Positions 52,804 to 64,000 of a DNA stretch of 64,000 nucleotides are shown here, one piece after another (within the stretch, counting starts at the first letter, position 1; every line of letters begins with the position of its first letter). Made by a program: the position numbers and the translations under genes. This stretch comes from Antedon mediterranea (lineage: Eukaryota > Animalia > Echinodermata). Below the pieces are notes generated by a model that was not told where the DNA came from, searched no databases, and saw nothing but the letters and a program-made list of their open reading frames with translations. The DNA is taken from NCBI RefSeq assembly GCF_964355755.1, contig NC_092672.1:30696437-30760436 (forward strand). Direction: 5' to 3'.

Positions 52804-53242
52804 AACTATTCCTATGTAGAGTATGGAGTCAAGTCATTTGCTTAAAAAATGAATAACATTCACAAGGCTTTAAATATCGAATTTAATATCAAAACAATCA
52901 ATTTGTTTAAAGGCTTTTGTTATAATAACGGAATCATAAAGTTACTGCGAACATGATTTTAAACAACAAAATGTAAAAACAATGCATAAACTATGAGAAT
53001 CGCTGTACAAACTAAACGCACACGCGTAGAGCGTGCATGAAGCGCACATCCACAGCCGTTTCGAAATTGCTATTTTTGTATTTTGTTTAAAATCGCAGTA
53101 ACTTTATAATTGTATTATTATTTTAATAAAAACCTTTAAACTAATTGATTGTTTTGATATTAAATTCGATATTTAAAGCCCTTTGAACGTTATACATTTT
53201 TAAAACAAAAGATTCAACTCCATACTCTACATAGGAATAGTT
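52804..53242. mobile_element. Unclassified MITE with about 150-bp TIRs
   Basis: AACTATTCCTATGTAGAGTATGGAGT...ACTCCATACTCTACATAGGAATAGTT. No clear TSD. Confidence 0.8.
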
Positions 53243-53995
53243 GGATACAAAAATGGCTTCTACTCCATTCAAAGTCGCAACTCTTTATATATATATGGCT
53301 CTGCCAGAGATCACATTGGTACGCCCTCATCTTTCAGTATTCTATTCACGAATCGGAATCTCCAAAGAGATACTTTTTTATATATAAACATTACAGGCAC
53401 AGAACAAATTTCAAACAGCCAGGTGATATAGTGAAATTTAATTAATTAATTTGAAACGATAAGATGAGGAAATTTGTGACAATTAGTTTGGCCTATTTGA
53501 CATCGCTTTATTTTGATTATAGTTCAAATAGTATAATTTTAAACTGTTCAATTTCGATTCGAAGTCATTTACGATAGGTACGCATTTTGTATTTATTCTT
53601 TGTTTATGCATTTGAAATGTATTGTTGACTGGATGCTAAATGAATAAATAAATATAATAAAATAAATCAGGTCTCGTGGTACATTAGAAAGCAGTTTTGA
53701 AATATATTTCTGACTAAAAGCAAACATTATTCGCCTGTTAGGGCGTCTCTTGAGTCAAACAAAGCAATTAATGATAACTGGTTTTTTTTTAAACACGTTT
53801 TCAAAAAGTATTAGGAATGTGATGCCATTCATTACTCTAAACAATGTATTCCAACCAATGGTAACCACAGCATTGTCATTTTTTCAGCCATTTTTCTTTG
53901 GATATAAACATCAAAAGCACAGAAAAAAAATCTAAACCGCCCATTTGCTAGGATATCTTCATAAAAAATAGTAGATATTGATGTTAAACCTTTAC

Positions 53996-54037
53996 CTTTT
54001 CTCTCTTCCATGTTCAATGTTCTTTTTAAAGTCAATT
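53996..54037 (-). pseudogene. Candidate 42-nt phase-1 micro-exon (ELTLKRTLNMEERK)
   Basis: ttttag|AATTG...GAAAAG|gtaaag, open frame. Confidence 0.5.
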
Positions 54038-54567
54038 CTAAAAGAAAAATTCGGAATATAACTATGTTAAAACCAGTCATTATACCACAGAGTTTACTTT
54101 AAAAATCTGATTGTATTCTAAATGTTAAAGCATAACTAATTTCAATTGTTATATATTTGCAAAGTATTTTTAAAATAGTTTTAGCTGCCTTCTAACAAGC
54201 CATTTGATATTTGCATTCAGAATATTTATCTGTAAACATGACAGTACACAATAGTAAAGGAATTTTAAAATTGAACAATAGATTGGACTACACATAATTG
54301 TAAAGAAATAATGTTTCTCCTTTGGAAAAATGTGATCGTGCATTTTAAAGGTAAATATTTTCATTCTATGAAATAATGAACACAAGTAATTATGCTCAAT
54401 CCAAAAAGATTAACCCAGAAATAGTAAAACGACACTTGAAATAACAGAGAAGATGAATGTTTTTTGTTACCCGAGGTTTCTGTGATACAATCGATTCCAA
54501 TTTCTTTTAGTTCTTCTATAAATGTGTTCAATATTCTCTTTTCTATTTTTTGTCTGCTGTCTCACTG

Positions 54568-54893
54568 GAGTGAGTGAGTGGCCGAGCGGTTAAGACAGTG
54601 GAACCGTAATTACGTAGCCATAACATCGGCAAGGATTCGAGGCTCACTCGCTCCATGGGTCTGGTGGTAGAACGAGTCTTCTCGGATAAGGACTATAAAC
54701 CGTAGGTCCAGTGTACACATCTAGCTCGTGTGCACTTTAAAGAACCTAGTACATCTTTCGTGACGAGTAGGGGGTTACCCCGGTGCATTAGTACATCACA
54801 GCCACTGATCACCAACTGGGCCCTCTGGGAGACCAGTCTTTGACTGAAGAGGTTACCCAGTATAAATATAAATTTCAATTCAATTCAATTCAA
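54568..54893 (+). mobile_element. tRNA-derived SINE, full length
   Basis: Same family as 31932-32252, with A and B boxes and a (CAATT)n tail. Confidence 0.9.
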
Positions 54894-55227
54894 CTATCAT
54901 ACTCTAGCAATTTGAATATTGTTTTTTTGACAGGATTATTAAAGTATTGATCAATATCATCCAGGTCACTCTCATAAATCTCTTTATTCATCTCATAAAC
55001 AAACAAAAACAAGTGAGGAGTAAAACATGTTTTAAACGATGAAAGGGACCTCCAAGAAACCCTAAGGAGCTTGTGATAGGAGGCCCACTAAAACTAGTTA
55101 CATTAATTAAGATACATTAAAAAGAATAAATAAATAAATAAATAAATAAAAAAATAATAATAATAAATAAATAAAATAGACGAGTAGACCATAAATTATA
55201 ACATGGGACGCGCGAGAGAGAAAGTAA

Positions 55228-57681
55228 AGGCCTGTGCACACCGAACGCGAAGCAGCGAAGCGTCATGCGCCACGCGTCATTTGACGGATCGCTTTGGAAG
55301 TTGAATTGTCATGCGTCTATTAGTTTTTCTTGTCGGTTCCCACTAAACGCGTCACGATGTGCTGATTCGTCGCGATTGCTAGGCCTAGGAGATAGTGGGT
55401 TGGCCAATACAATGCTACATTTAAAATAAGATGACTGAAGTATTTCCTATGTAAGTTTAACCAGAGAAGAGTTAAATTAAAATGTAATTTAACTCTTCCC
55501 TGGTTACACCAATCACAGTGTTTGGTTTTGGTGGGAAAATGTTATCCTTTTCCAAAGCCTGAAATGTGCATGATTGTATGTATATATCACAAGAACAGAA
55601 GAAGATGTATCCAATATCAATACAGTTACAATCATTAAAGCATTTATTGCATGTTGATCACACGTACATGTGATCTGCTGACTGTATTTATTAGTGGTGT
55701 TACAAATATCTTTCAACAGAGGTTATTATAACCATATAAAACATTTCATATATAAACACGAACTGGGAATCTTCCTGGGTTTGTCACTTTCAAATATAAA
55801 CTATAGGCCTAGGCCTAATATTAATGTAAAGTTTTCACATTCATTTTCTAATTATTATTAAATATTATATTATTCATGACAAAACATACAGTTTTTTTCT
55901 CATTTGATTAAATGTAATAAATATCTCAAACTCATATTTACACTGTATATTATCTTATGACTTATGACTTCACATAAATACACTTATTGAAATAGTGAAT
56001 CATTGTTTTTAAAGGTATCATTAAATATCAACCAGATTTTCTTTTTTACTACTCCTGAATACTTTCGCAAAATAATATCAAAATAATAAATTTAAAATGT
56101 ATCATCCCCAAAAAAATGAAAATTGAAGAAATATTATTATTGTTAAAAGTGAATAACTAACCCTAAAGTGTTATACTGTATTACACACAACAAAAATGTT
56201 TTAAATTATATTTTCAGGAAGACAATATATCTTGTCCAAAAAATGACACTAAACTTAAAGATGTATTGTCCCGTAGAATCATGAAAAATGAAGATGATTA
56301 AAATCAAATTTGAATAGGACATTTTGTAGTTTTAACAAAGTTAATAACTCACATAGAAAAAAAACCCCAAAAAACTTATGTTTTCACTTATAAAATGAAA
56401 AAAATTCCATTAGCTGGCAGCCAATTTGACTATTTTTTTTAGTATTGGAGTATAACAAAACATATACATATATTTCCATGTGTTCTCTATTGCTAAAAAA
56501 AGACATTCAGTTCAGCTTTCCTTCTATAACCACTTAATAAATACTAGTTACAGTCCAACTCCTCCTTAATCTCTTCCATTTTCTATTAAAAAAAAATGAA
56601 ACAAGTATTAAAAAATTGCTATAGTAAGGCATATTGCTCAAATCATTTTTTTCTGGCCAATGTATGTCACCAACTGACATACCCATTTGAAAAAAGTCTA
56701 TACAAACCTGTATCAGCCTCATAATTGCCAGTCCACGTTTTTGAGGAGCAATTGCTCTTAATTCCATGGCAATAATATACTGGCCGCTTAAACTACTAGC
56801 TTGGTCATTGGTGGAGTTTGTAACGCTGGTAATAGCCTGAAGGATTCCATTTATCAATGTTCATCTAATTGACCTAAAAAAAAAAAACAACAGTATTTAT
56901 GTATTAATATTACTACTACTAGGCCTATCCTAGCCTTACAACACTAAATCAACTAAATATTAATTAATAATAATAAGTAGGCTATAGTAGTACTGTACTC
57001 ATATTTAGTAGTAGGCTTAACCTAGGCTAGGCCTGGCCTAGCACATAGTAGACTAGTAGGGATTAGTAAGTATTATGTAGGCCTATAAGTACTACTTGGC
57101 ATGGCCTAGCCTACTAGGTTATATGTAGCCTAGGCTAGGTAGGCCTAGCTAGGCCCTATTGCCTAAACCTAGGTAGGCCTAGGCTAGAAATAGGCTTGTC
57201 AACTCACTTTACAAATTGATCTCTGACGCGTTTTAGGCCTAGTTTTTCTGGCATTCTTCTACACAGATGTTTGTCTGAAATTATTGTCTTCATGCATTAA
57301 TCCTTATGTTTCTGTCTGTGTATGACTTACTTCCCTTATCGTAAAGACAAGAAGGGTAAGTATTTCCATAAAGACCTCGCTCGACAGCCACCATTTTTTT
57401 GCCGTCGGTGTCGTCGTCGATGAAATGAGAGATATTCCTGACTTCTGATTGGTTGACGAACGCAAACCGCGCTCGCGACGCCTCAAAAAGTTGACCAAGG
57501 TTCAACTTTTGAAAATTCGCGTGCGAAGCCTTCGCTGCTGTCGTTTTCAACGCGTTGAAGTTGAAATTCGACTATCGTACACTGTTCGCTTGTATGTTCA
57601 CACTGGAAGCGTCCGTCGCCTGCCGCGTGCGTCACTTTTTAACGCGAAATTCGCGGCTTCGCGTTTGGTGTGCACAGGCCT
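55228..57681. mobile_element. Harbinger-like deletion derivative
   Basis: TIR AGGCCTGTGCACACC(G/A)AACGCGAAGC flanked by TAA and TTA. Carries a MADF-type gene relic, the second gene typical of Harbinger elements. Confidence 0.85.
56680..57394 (-). pseudogene. MADF (Myb/SANT-like) plus BESS-like gene relic
   Basis: YPSCLYDKGSKSYTDRNIRINA*R...VEECQK..KRVRDQFV|gtgagt is a MADF pattern. A second exon reads GQYIIAMELRAIAPQKRGLAIMRLIQV (BESS-like). Stops and frameshifts are present. Confidence 0.72.
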
Positions 57682-58067
57682 TTAGGGAATACCATTGTCA
57701 GGACAACCTCGTGTAATTCAAACGTGATTGTTAAATTGTTTGGGCTCCAATGTCCAGCACTATGCAATGTCTGTATCTGATCCATTGCTGTTTTAGCAAT
57801 AGATCCCTGAACACACATAAGCATATCTAGCTACCCGCGGTCGCTGTACCATTTTGAATATACTAACATGATCGTATTATACTTCCCCTTTGCCACAGCA
57901 GCAGCTGCTATAGACAATTTATTTAAAACTGAATGCTTACAACAAACAATGTGATCAGTACAGGTCACTGTAATTTTTTTTTTGACTTAGTTAAAACGTA
58001 GGCGTACTTAAACAGTTAGAACATAATATAATAACTGTGTCATTATTTTAAAGATAAACATTTTAAC

Positions 58068-58130
58068 CTGAGTTAGTATCTTCTGAGGTCTTTGGCTTCT
58101 TTCTTTTGCGAGTTGTTTTTGAAGAAGATA
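58068..58130 (-). CDS. Candidate 63-nt phase-1 micro-exon (SSSKTTRKRKKPKTSEDTNS), NLS-like
   Basis: tatag|TATCT...AACTCAG|gttaaa, open frame with a basic cluster. Confidence 0.55.
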
Positions 58131-58541
58131 CTATAATAAAGACAATAATCAACAATGCAATCATGATATTCCCCACCGACCCTTACTTGATAGGTAACAC
58201 TTCAAATTAGTTACCGTAAATCAATTTATTAATTTTATTTCATTTGTTTTAATTAAAGATTGTTAATTCTTAATTTTAATGAAAGCATGTCTTGTATTTT
58301 TTTAATTAGATGGTGATAAGCTTTGAAGCTAAATTTGCTATACCCTATCCATTATTATTATTTTGCTGATAATAACGATTTAAATATATAATTAAAGAGA
58401 TCTGTGGTGAATTTGATTAAAAAGCAAAATATTGCCCATATTAATATATAGTTTTGTATTTTAACCTTACTATGTAACCTCGAAAAAGTGCTGAACAATA
58501 TTCCAAATATTATTATGCTATTAATTTTTTCCGTTCCATAC

Positions 58542-58652
58542 CTGATTTTTTCTTCGTTTTAAGAGTTGTAGATTGGTTGTTATCGCTATCGGCAGCATCA
58601 TTATCAGACTTTTCATAAATTGTAGGCCTACTAGCTTTTTTCGAAGTAGAAG
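58542..58652 (-). CDS. Candidate 111-nt phase-1 exon (ASTSKKASRPTIYEKSDNDAADSDNNQSTTLKTKKKS)
   Basis: ttttag|CTTCT...AAATCAG|gtatgg, open frame. Confidence 0.6.
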
Positions 58653-58830
58653 CTAAAACAAAACAATACCGTAATAATATGATAAGCAATGTTAGAAAGT
58701 GTATACGTTTACACAAAGGTACACTATTGTGTTTTAAAAGTAAGACAAATAATTATAACTACAATTCTTAAATTAATAATTTGGCATATATAATACATTC
58801 CTATAAAGTATAGGCCTACAGTCTTGTTAC

Positions 58831-58916
58831 CCGAGGTTTCTGTAATATAATCGATTCCAATTTCCTTTAATTCCTCTATAAATTTGTTCAATTTTCTCTT
58901 TTTTATTTTCTGTCTG
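58831..58916 (-). pseudogene. Duplicate of the 3' end of the DED exon (KLNKFIEELKEIGIDYITETS)
   Basis: Close paralog of 54471-54556 with the same donor site. Several differences are synonymous in this frame. Confidence 0.6.
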
Positions 58917-59104
58917 CTATAGAAAAAAACTTATATATGATTTCAGTGAATTCTTAAAACAAATAATTTGATCAATGCCTACACAACAATTTTAATTTGT
59001 CTCAGGTCAATGTAAAATTTTATATAATTTGTAGGGTGACTTATTCCATTTCTGTAATACGGTACGAATAACGAACACATTATTTATCTATTTATATAGA
59101 TCAT

Positions 59105-59180
59105 AACTGGCCCCTCTGGAATACCAGTATTTGACTGAAGAGGTCGCCCAGTATAAATAAAATATATCAATTCAATTCAG
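59105..59180 (+). mobile_element. SINE 3'-end fragment
   Basis: AACTGGCCCCTCTGGAATACCAG...GACTGAAGAGGTCGCCCAGTATAAAT followed by a CAATT tail. Confidence 0.75.
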
Positions 59181-59286
59181 TTAGAAAATGTTATTATAGA
59201 AATTGTGCCAAAAATGATATAATATTAATAATAAAAAGATATAGAATATCTGTATTGTATTATGTGTTATATCACTTAAAGCCTAC

Positions 59287-59302
59287 CTTCTTTGCTGGCC
59301 AT
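59287..59302 (-). CDS. Candidate initiator exon (MASKE)
   Basis: ttgcag|AGCACGAAAG-ATGGCCAGCAAAGAAG|gtaggc. Good Kozak context and a phase-1 donor matching the downstream exons. Confidence 0.5.
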
Positions 59303-60028
59303 CTTTCGTGCTCTGCAAATAAAGGAAAAACACGTACTGTATATAATGTTTCATCAATATAAGAGCCTTACCGTATCTGGTTATACATTTCTAACAATAT
59401 TTCCGTGACATATTAATAAGATTTAATTAGGCAATTTTATTTACCTGTGTAATTAATACAGGATATTTTGTGAACATCCATTACGATGATTATCTACAGT
59501 ATCCTATGAGAGTCTATATCACTGTTATGTATAACAGAGAGTTTGTACGTACGTGTACGTTACAAACGATCCCGAGAAAAAGATAGGGTTTGGACGGGGA
59601 CTTTTGAGGTGGGGTATCAATATTACCACAATTGTCCTACTGAGAAGGTTTTAAGCCATATGTGTGAAACTTCAACTGAATCTCCTAGCAAAAAAAAACA
59701 ATGATAAGACAATATTGATTGTAAATCAATTATAGTCTTGTTCTTGGTCTTGGGACTATTGTAGATGTGGACCTGGCCATTTTTATATATCGACGCCTAG
59801 GCTAAATTTCGATTCACTTTAGCCTACTAATAACAGGCATCCTATATTCTACTGTCCCGAAGTAGACAATAATAGGTAATGTACTACTATTAAATCTACC
59901 TAATTTTACTTATTTAAATTAAAGATATGGGTTAAGATGAATGTGCAATTTATAATTTGCATTATTGAAAGTCAAAAGGAATGATTCAACTTACATTTAA
60001 ATATAAAGCTGATGAAGCTACGTCGTTA

Positions 60029-61865
60029 TCTATATATAAATTTACGTAAGGGCAAAATTCGGTAAATCTCGGTTTATTTCTAGAATTTCTACTCGATGGT
60101 ATATAAAGTTGGTTCATACTTTCGGTACTGATTTTAACCATCTGATGTAACCCTGTTTACTAATTAAATTGAGTTAGGTAATTAGTTATTGACGATTAAA
60201 ACGAATTTAGGTTCAACGATTTGCCCCAAATAGGGGTGTTTTCCGATCGTGGTATACACTGTCTAATGGATGTCCATCTTGAAAAATACCCGCCACAAAA
60301 ATACGAGGAGGCTTCGCATTTTCCTATCTCCTCCTACGATAATTGTTTTTAATAGCTGAAAACTGGTTGAACAGCTAGAGTACAGCATCATAATGTTGAA
60401 GACAGGCCGATTTTCTTAAAAAAATACTATTTTGATAAATTTAATATACGATTATACAAATGTATTTATTTGCGATGAATGGAACATTCCAATCTCTGTT
60501 TCACAAGTGTCTATTCCCTCAGGCGTCGTAAAGGCAAGTACAGTACTGTATACTCGAAATTCGATCCATTTTTGTTTTCAATCTGTGCTGCAGAGGTTGG
60601 ATATAATTTTTTTTTTAAAGGATAATGAGCTAGCGTTGTAAAACTAGTAGAGAATAGGCCTACGGTACATCACATGCCCTAAACGCAGAACAACTTTGGT
60701 GGGTAGGGTAGGAACCAACTTAAGTATGAATTGGCTCTAAGAAACAATTGAAAACCATTAGGCCTACTAATTAAGTTGAGTTAGATAATTTAATATTTAT
60801 TGACGATTAAATCGAATTTATGATTTTCCCCGAATAGAGGTGGTTTTCACAAATTGTTTTACATTATATTATAAACATATACACGTCGTAGTGATGAATG
60901 GAACATTCCAATGTCTATTCCCTCAGGCGTCGTAAAGGCAAGTGCTGTATACTCATAACAGAAATTCGATCCATTTTTTTTTTCAATCTGTGCTGCAGAG
61001 GTTGGATATAGATTTTTTTTAACGGATAATAATGAGCTAGCGTTTTCTGTCGCCGCGGGCGTATATTATGTACAAATCTTTATTATTGCAGTTAAACCAG
61101 CCCGGGAACCACCCACATCATCACCCTTCCCTCTCACTGGCATGAGTAGCGTTGTAAAGCCAGTAGAGGATAGGCCTACGGTGGTACGAAGGATCAACAA
61201 CAACTTCGGGTGGGTAGGGTAGGAACCAACTTAAGTATGAATTGGCTCTAGAAACAATTGAAAACCATTAGGCCTACTAATTAAGTTGAGTTAGATAATT
61301 TAATATTTTCTAACGATTAAATCGAATTTATGATTTGCCCCGAATAGAAAGGTGGTTTTCACAAATTGTTTAACATTATATAAACATATATGTCGTCGTA
61401 GTGTATCGTTACATGTAGGCCTACTGTACTATTTCAATCGACTAGGACGGTGATAGTTTCAATTACATCGCAAAGTTTTACTGTGTATAGTGGTATATTA
61501 TTTGTAAAACATGAACACAATTAATATTTCGTTACTAGATGGATAAAGAATATATTTAAAAATTGTTCCTCTTTGCACCCATCCTCTTCCCCATCCCTCA
61601 ACCATAATGGTACATACAAAACACAAATTAAGTTTGTTTAAATTTGACTTAAACAATTGGTCTCATTTTGCGACAAGTTTCTCTTTCGGAAGTAATTCCC
61701 AGGGTGCTAATTTTAGTTGAGTACATAAATCACAGTGTCTTATTGTCCTGCATTATTGTACATTTTGAAATCGTCAGTTTTTTAACGCTGAAATTATTAT
61801 GTATTCGAGAACCATCTGTGGGCACGATCTAGATGGTACGCGAGCGAAGCGAGCGTACCATCTAG
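60029..61865 (+). mobile_element. Non-autonomous Helitron, copy 2
   Basis: A|TCTATATATA start, terminal hairpin at 61829-61865 and a CTAG end. A duplicated internal segment not found in the other copies spans ~60500-61390. Confidence 0.9.
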
Positions 61866-63188
61866 TCTATATATAAATTTACGTAAGGGCAAAATTCGAT
61901 AAATCGCGGTTTATTTCTAGAATTTTTACTCGATAGTATATAAAGTTGGTTCATACTTTCGGTACTGATTTTAACCACCTGATGTAACCCTGTTTACTAA
62001 TTAAATTGAGTTAGATAATTAGTTATTGACGATTAAAACGAATTTAGGTTCAACGATTTGCCCAAAATAGGGGTGTTTACCGATCGTGGTATACACTGTC
62101 TAATGGATGTCCAACTTGAAAAATACCCGCACACAATAATACGAGGACGCTTCGCATTTTCCTATCTCCTCCTACGATAATTGGTTTTAATAGCTGAAAA
62201 CTGGTTGAACTGCTCGAGTACAGCATCATAATGTTGAAGACAGGCCGATTTTCTTTAAAAAATACTATTTTGATAGATTTAATTTACGTTTTTACAAATG
62301 TATTGATTTGCGATGAATGGAACATTCCAATCTCTCAGTCTGCCAGTTTGGTTTAACACAAGTAGGTAAATTTATGAGCCCTTGGAGAATAAACTTGCAA
62401 TACTTTGACAATACAGTACTGCAAATACCTATTAACCATTTTTGGTCGTCATTTGAATCGAACATTTCTTACTGTGAATACTGTTAGATGTAAAAAAATA
62501 TATACAAACATTTCTTACTGTGAATACTGTTAGATGTAAAAAAATATATACAAATAAACTTTATTACTGTGATTATAGGTAGGCTCTACTGTTAGATATA
62601 TAAACACGTAATATACAAATAAACTTTATTACTGACAGTTGCTTCTCAACGTTTGCATTAATTAATAATTACAAAAAATATAAACGTCGTAGTGGTGTAT
62701 TATCGTTACATGTACTTTACTATTTCAATCGACTATGACAGTGGCAGTTTTAACAAAGTATTAAATCGCAAATGTTTTACTATATTTAGTCACCGTTAGT
62801 GGTATATTATTTATAGGCCTATAAAAAATGAAAACAATATTTCGTTACTGACGTGGATAAAGAATATATTTAAAAATTGTTCCTCTTTGTACCTATCCTC
62901 TTTCCCATCCCTCAACCCTAATTGGGTTTCTTTAAATGAATAAACAATTTGGACTCATTTTGTGGTAAGTTTCTCTTTCGGAAGTAATTCCCAGGGTGCT
63001 AATTTTGGTTGACTACATAAATCATTGTGTCTACTTATTCGTTTCTGTTGTAAACGACAATGTATTATAGTCCTGCGGTACGTGCATTTAAAATCGCCAG
63101 CTTTTTTACCCTGAAATTACTGTGTATTCGAGAATCATCTGTGGGCACGACCTAGATGGTACGCTCGCTTCGCTCGCGTACCATCTAG
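61866..63188 (+). mobile_element. Non-autonomous Helitron, copy 3 (head-to-tail with copy 2)
   Basis: CTAG|TCTATATATA junction, terminal hairpin at 63152-63188 and CTAG|T end. Contains a 47-bp tandem duplication at ~62461-62553. Confidence 0.9.
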
Positions 63189-63467
63189 TTGTCTACAATT
63201 TACAGAGAAAGAGGACGCGGTAGTTAATGGCGTGGGTTGATTGTCCGATACGTATGAGAAGATTATAACAATAAAGTATGTTAATAGCCTGGTGTATAAT
63301 AAGCAACACATCCAGGTATTATAAAATCATTTTTTAAATGTTAAATCCGTCTAAGAATCAACAAATTGATCTGGGCTGAGAAGAATCTAACATTTAGCAT
63401 CGAACATTCATTCACATTTTTTAGACGTATTGTAGGCCAAGTTCTAAGCACCTCATGGTATTATCAT

Positions 63468-63650
63468 GGGTGTCAGATGAAATCGGTCGCGCTTGAAATC
63501 GGTCGCGTTTGAAATCGGTCGCGATAAAATCAACTTCCAGTATTTTGTATGGCGCGCCGCTAGAGCTATACTTTTGATGATATCGGTCGCGTTTGAAATC
63601 GGTCGCGCTATTTTGTATGGATCGAGCGGGATGCATGCTAGAGCGGGATA
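63468..63650. mobile_element. Left end of a MULE/Foldback-like element
   Basis: GGGTGTCAGA followed by tandem TGAAATCGGTCGCG(T/C)T units. The right end is not in the window. Confidence 0.5.
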
Positions 63651-64000
63651 TACATGTTTCGTTTATATAGCCTAGATTTAATTGATATTTTTTAGGAACT
63701 AGATTATTTATGTGGATATTGTTTACTTAGTTAATAAATATTTATTAAATCATTAAATAATTTTTTTTTTGTATTTCACAGGTCTCGGAGAAGGACTCTG
63801 TCTTTTCAAAATGGCCATTTCTAAAACACGTTTAAATATCATATTAATTACTTATTAGGCATAATGTTATATTAGGCATATAATAATTCCTCTATTTATA
63901 TGTACTGTAATTAATATATTATATAGAGAATATACGTATGTCGTGTCTTTTATTATGCAAACAATTACGTAAAACAGGACAATTTATTTAGTTGTACAAA

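Larger units (their letters stand above)
54471..57907 (-). pseudogene. Tandem DED-like exon split by a Harbinger-like element and a SINE
   Basis: 57907-57700 reads AAAVAKGKYNTIMLVYSKWYSDRG*LDML...AKTAMDQIQTLHSAGHWSPNNLT. 55050-54895 reads FTPHLFLFVYEMNKEIYESDLDDIDQYFNNPVKK. 54560-54471 reads KRILNTFIEELKEIGIDCITETS|gt. Confidence 0.6.

Noticed and set aside
60009-60030. Second hammerhead at CTGATGA (also 28233, and CTGAAGA in SINE tails)
   Set aside because: No stem II followed by GAAA at the right spacing.

Overview
AT-rich eukaryotic genomic DNA, not prokaryotic. Spliceosomal introns, SINEs, LINEs, Helitrons and tandem death-effector-domain (DED)-like exons point to an invertebrate deuterostome, possibly an echinoderm (inference). 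I found no intact protein-coding gene. The host component is a decaying minus-strand cluster of at least two genes built from tandem-DED-like exons and phase-1 micro-exons (about 29.4-59.3 kb). Most of the rest is transposon material. It includes a full-length but stop-codon-inactivated Gmr1-type Gypsy LTR element (40038-45475), a 5'-truncated CR1/L2-type LINE, an RTE relic and tRNA-derived SINEs. It also includes three non-autonomous Helitrons, Helentron-type elements, and many non-autonomous TIR elements (P-, Harbinger-, Academ-, Kolobok- and MULE-like), several of them nested. The most unusual signals are four. (1) Helitron 3' terminal hairpins occur in two flip/flop isomers and carry a GAGC-rich loop. 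(2) Several 18-32 bp palindromic scars with 7-bp target duplications look like P-element excision footprints. (3) A minimal hammerhead ribozyme sits beside a (TA)n tract. (4) The multi-DED micro-exon gene cluster itself. Coordinates were counted by hand, and family assignments rest on termini, TSDs and motifs rather than database searches.
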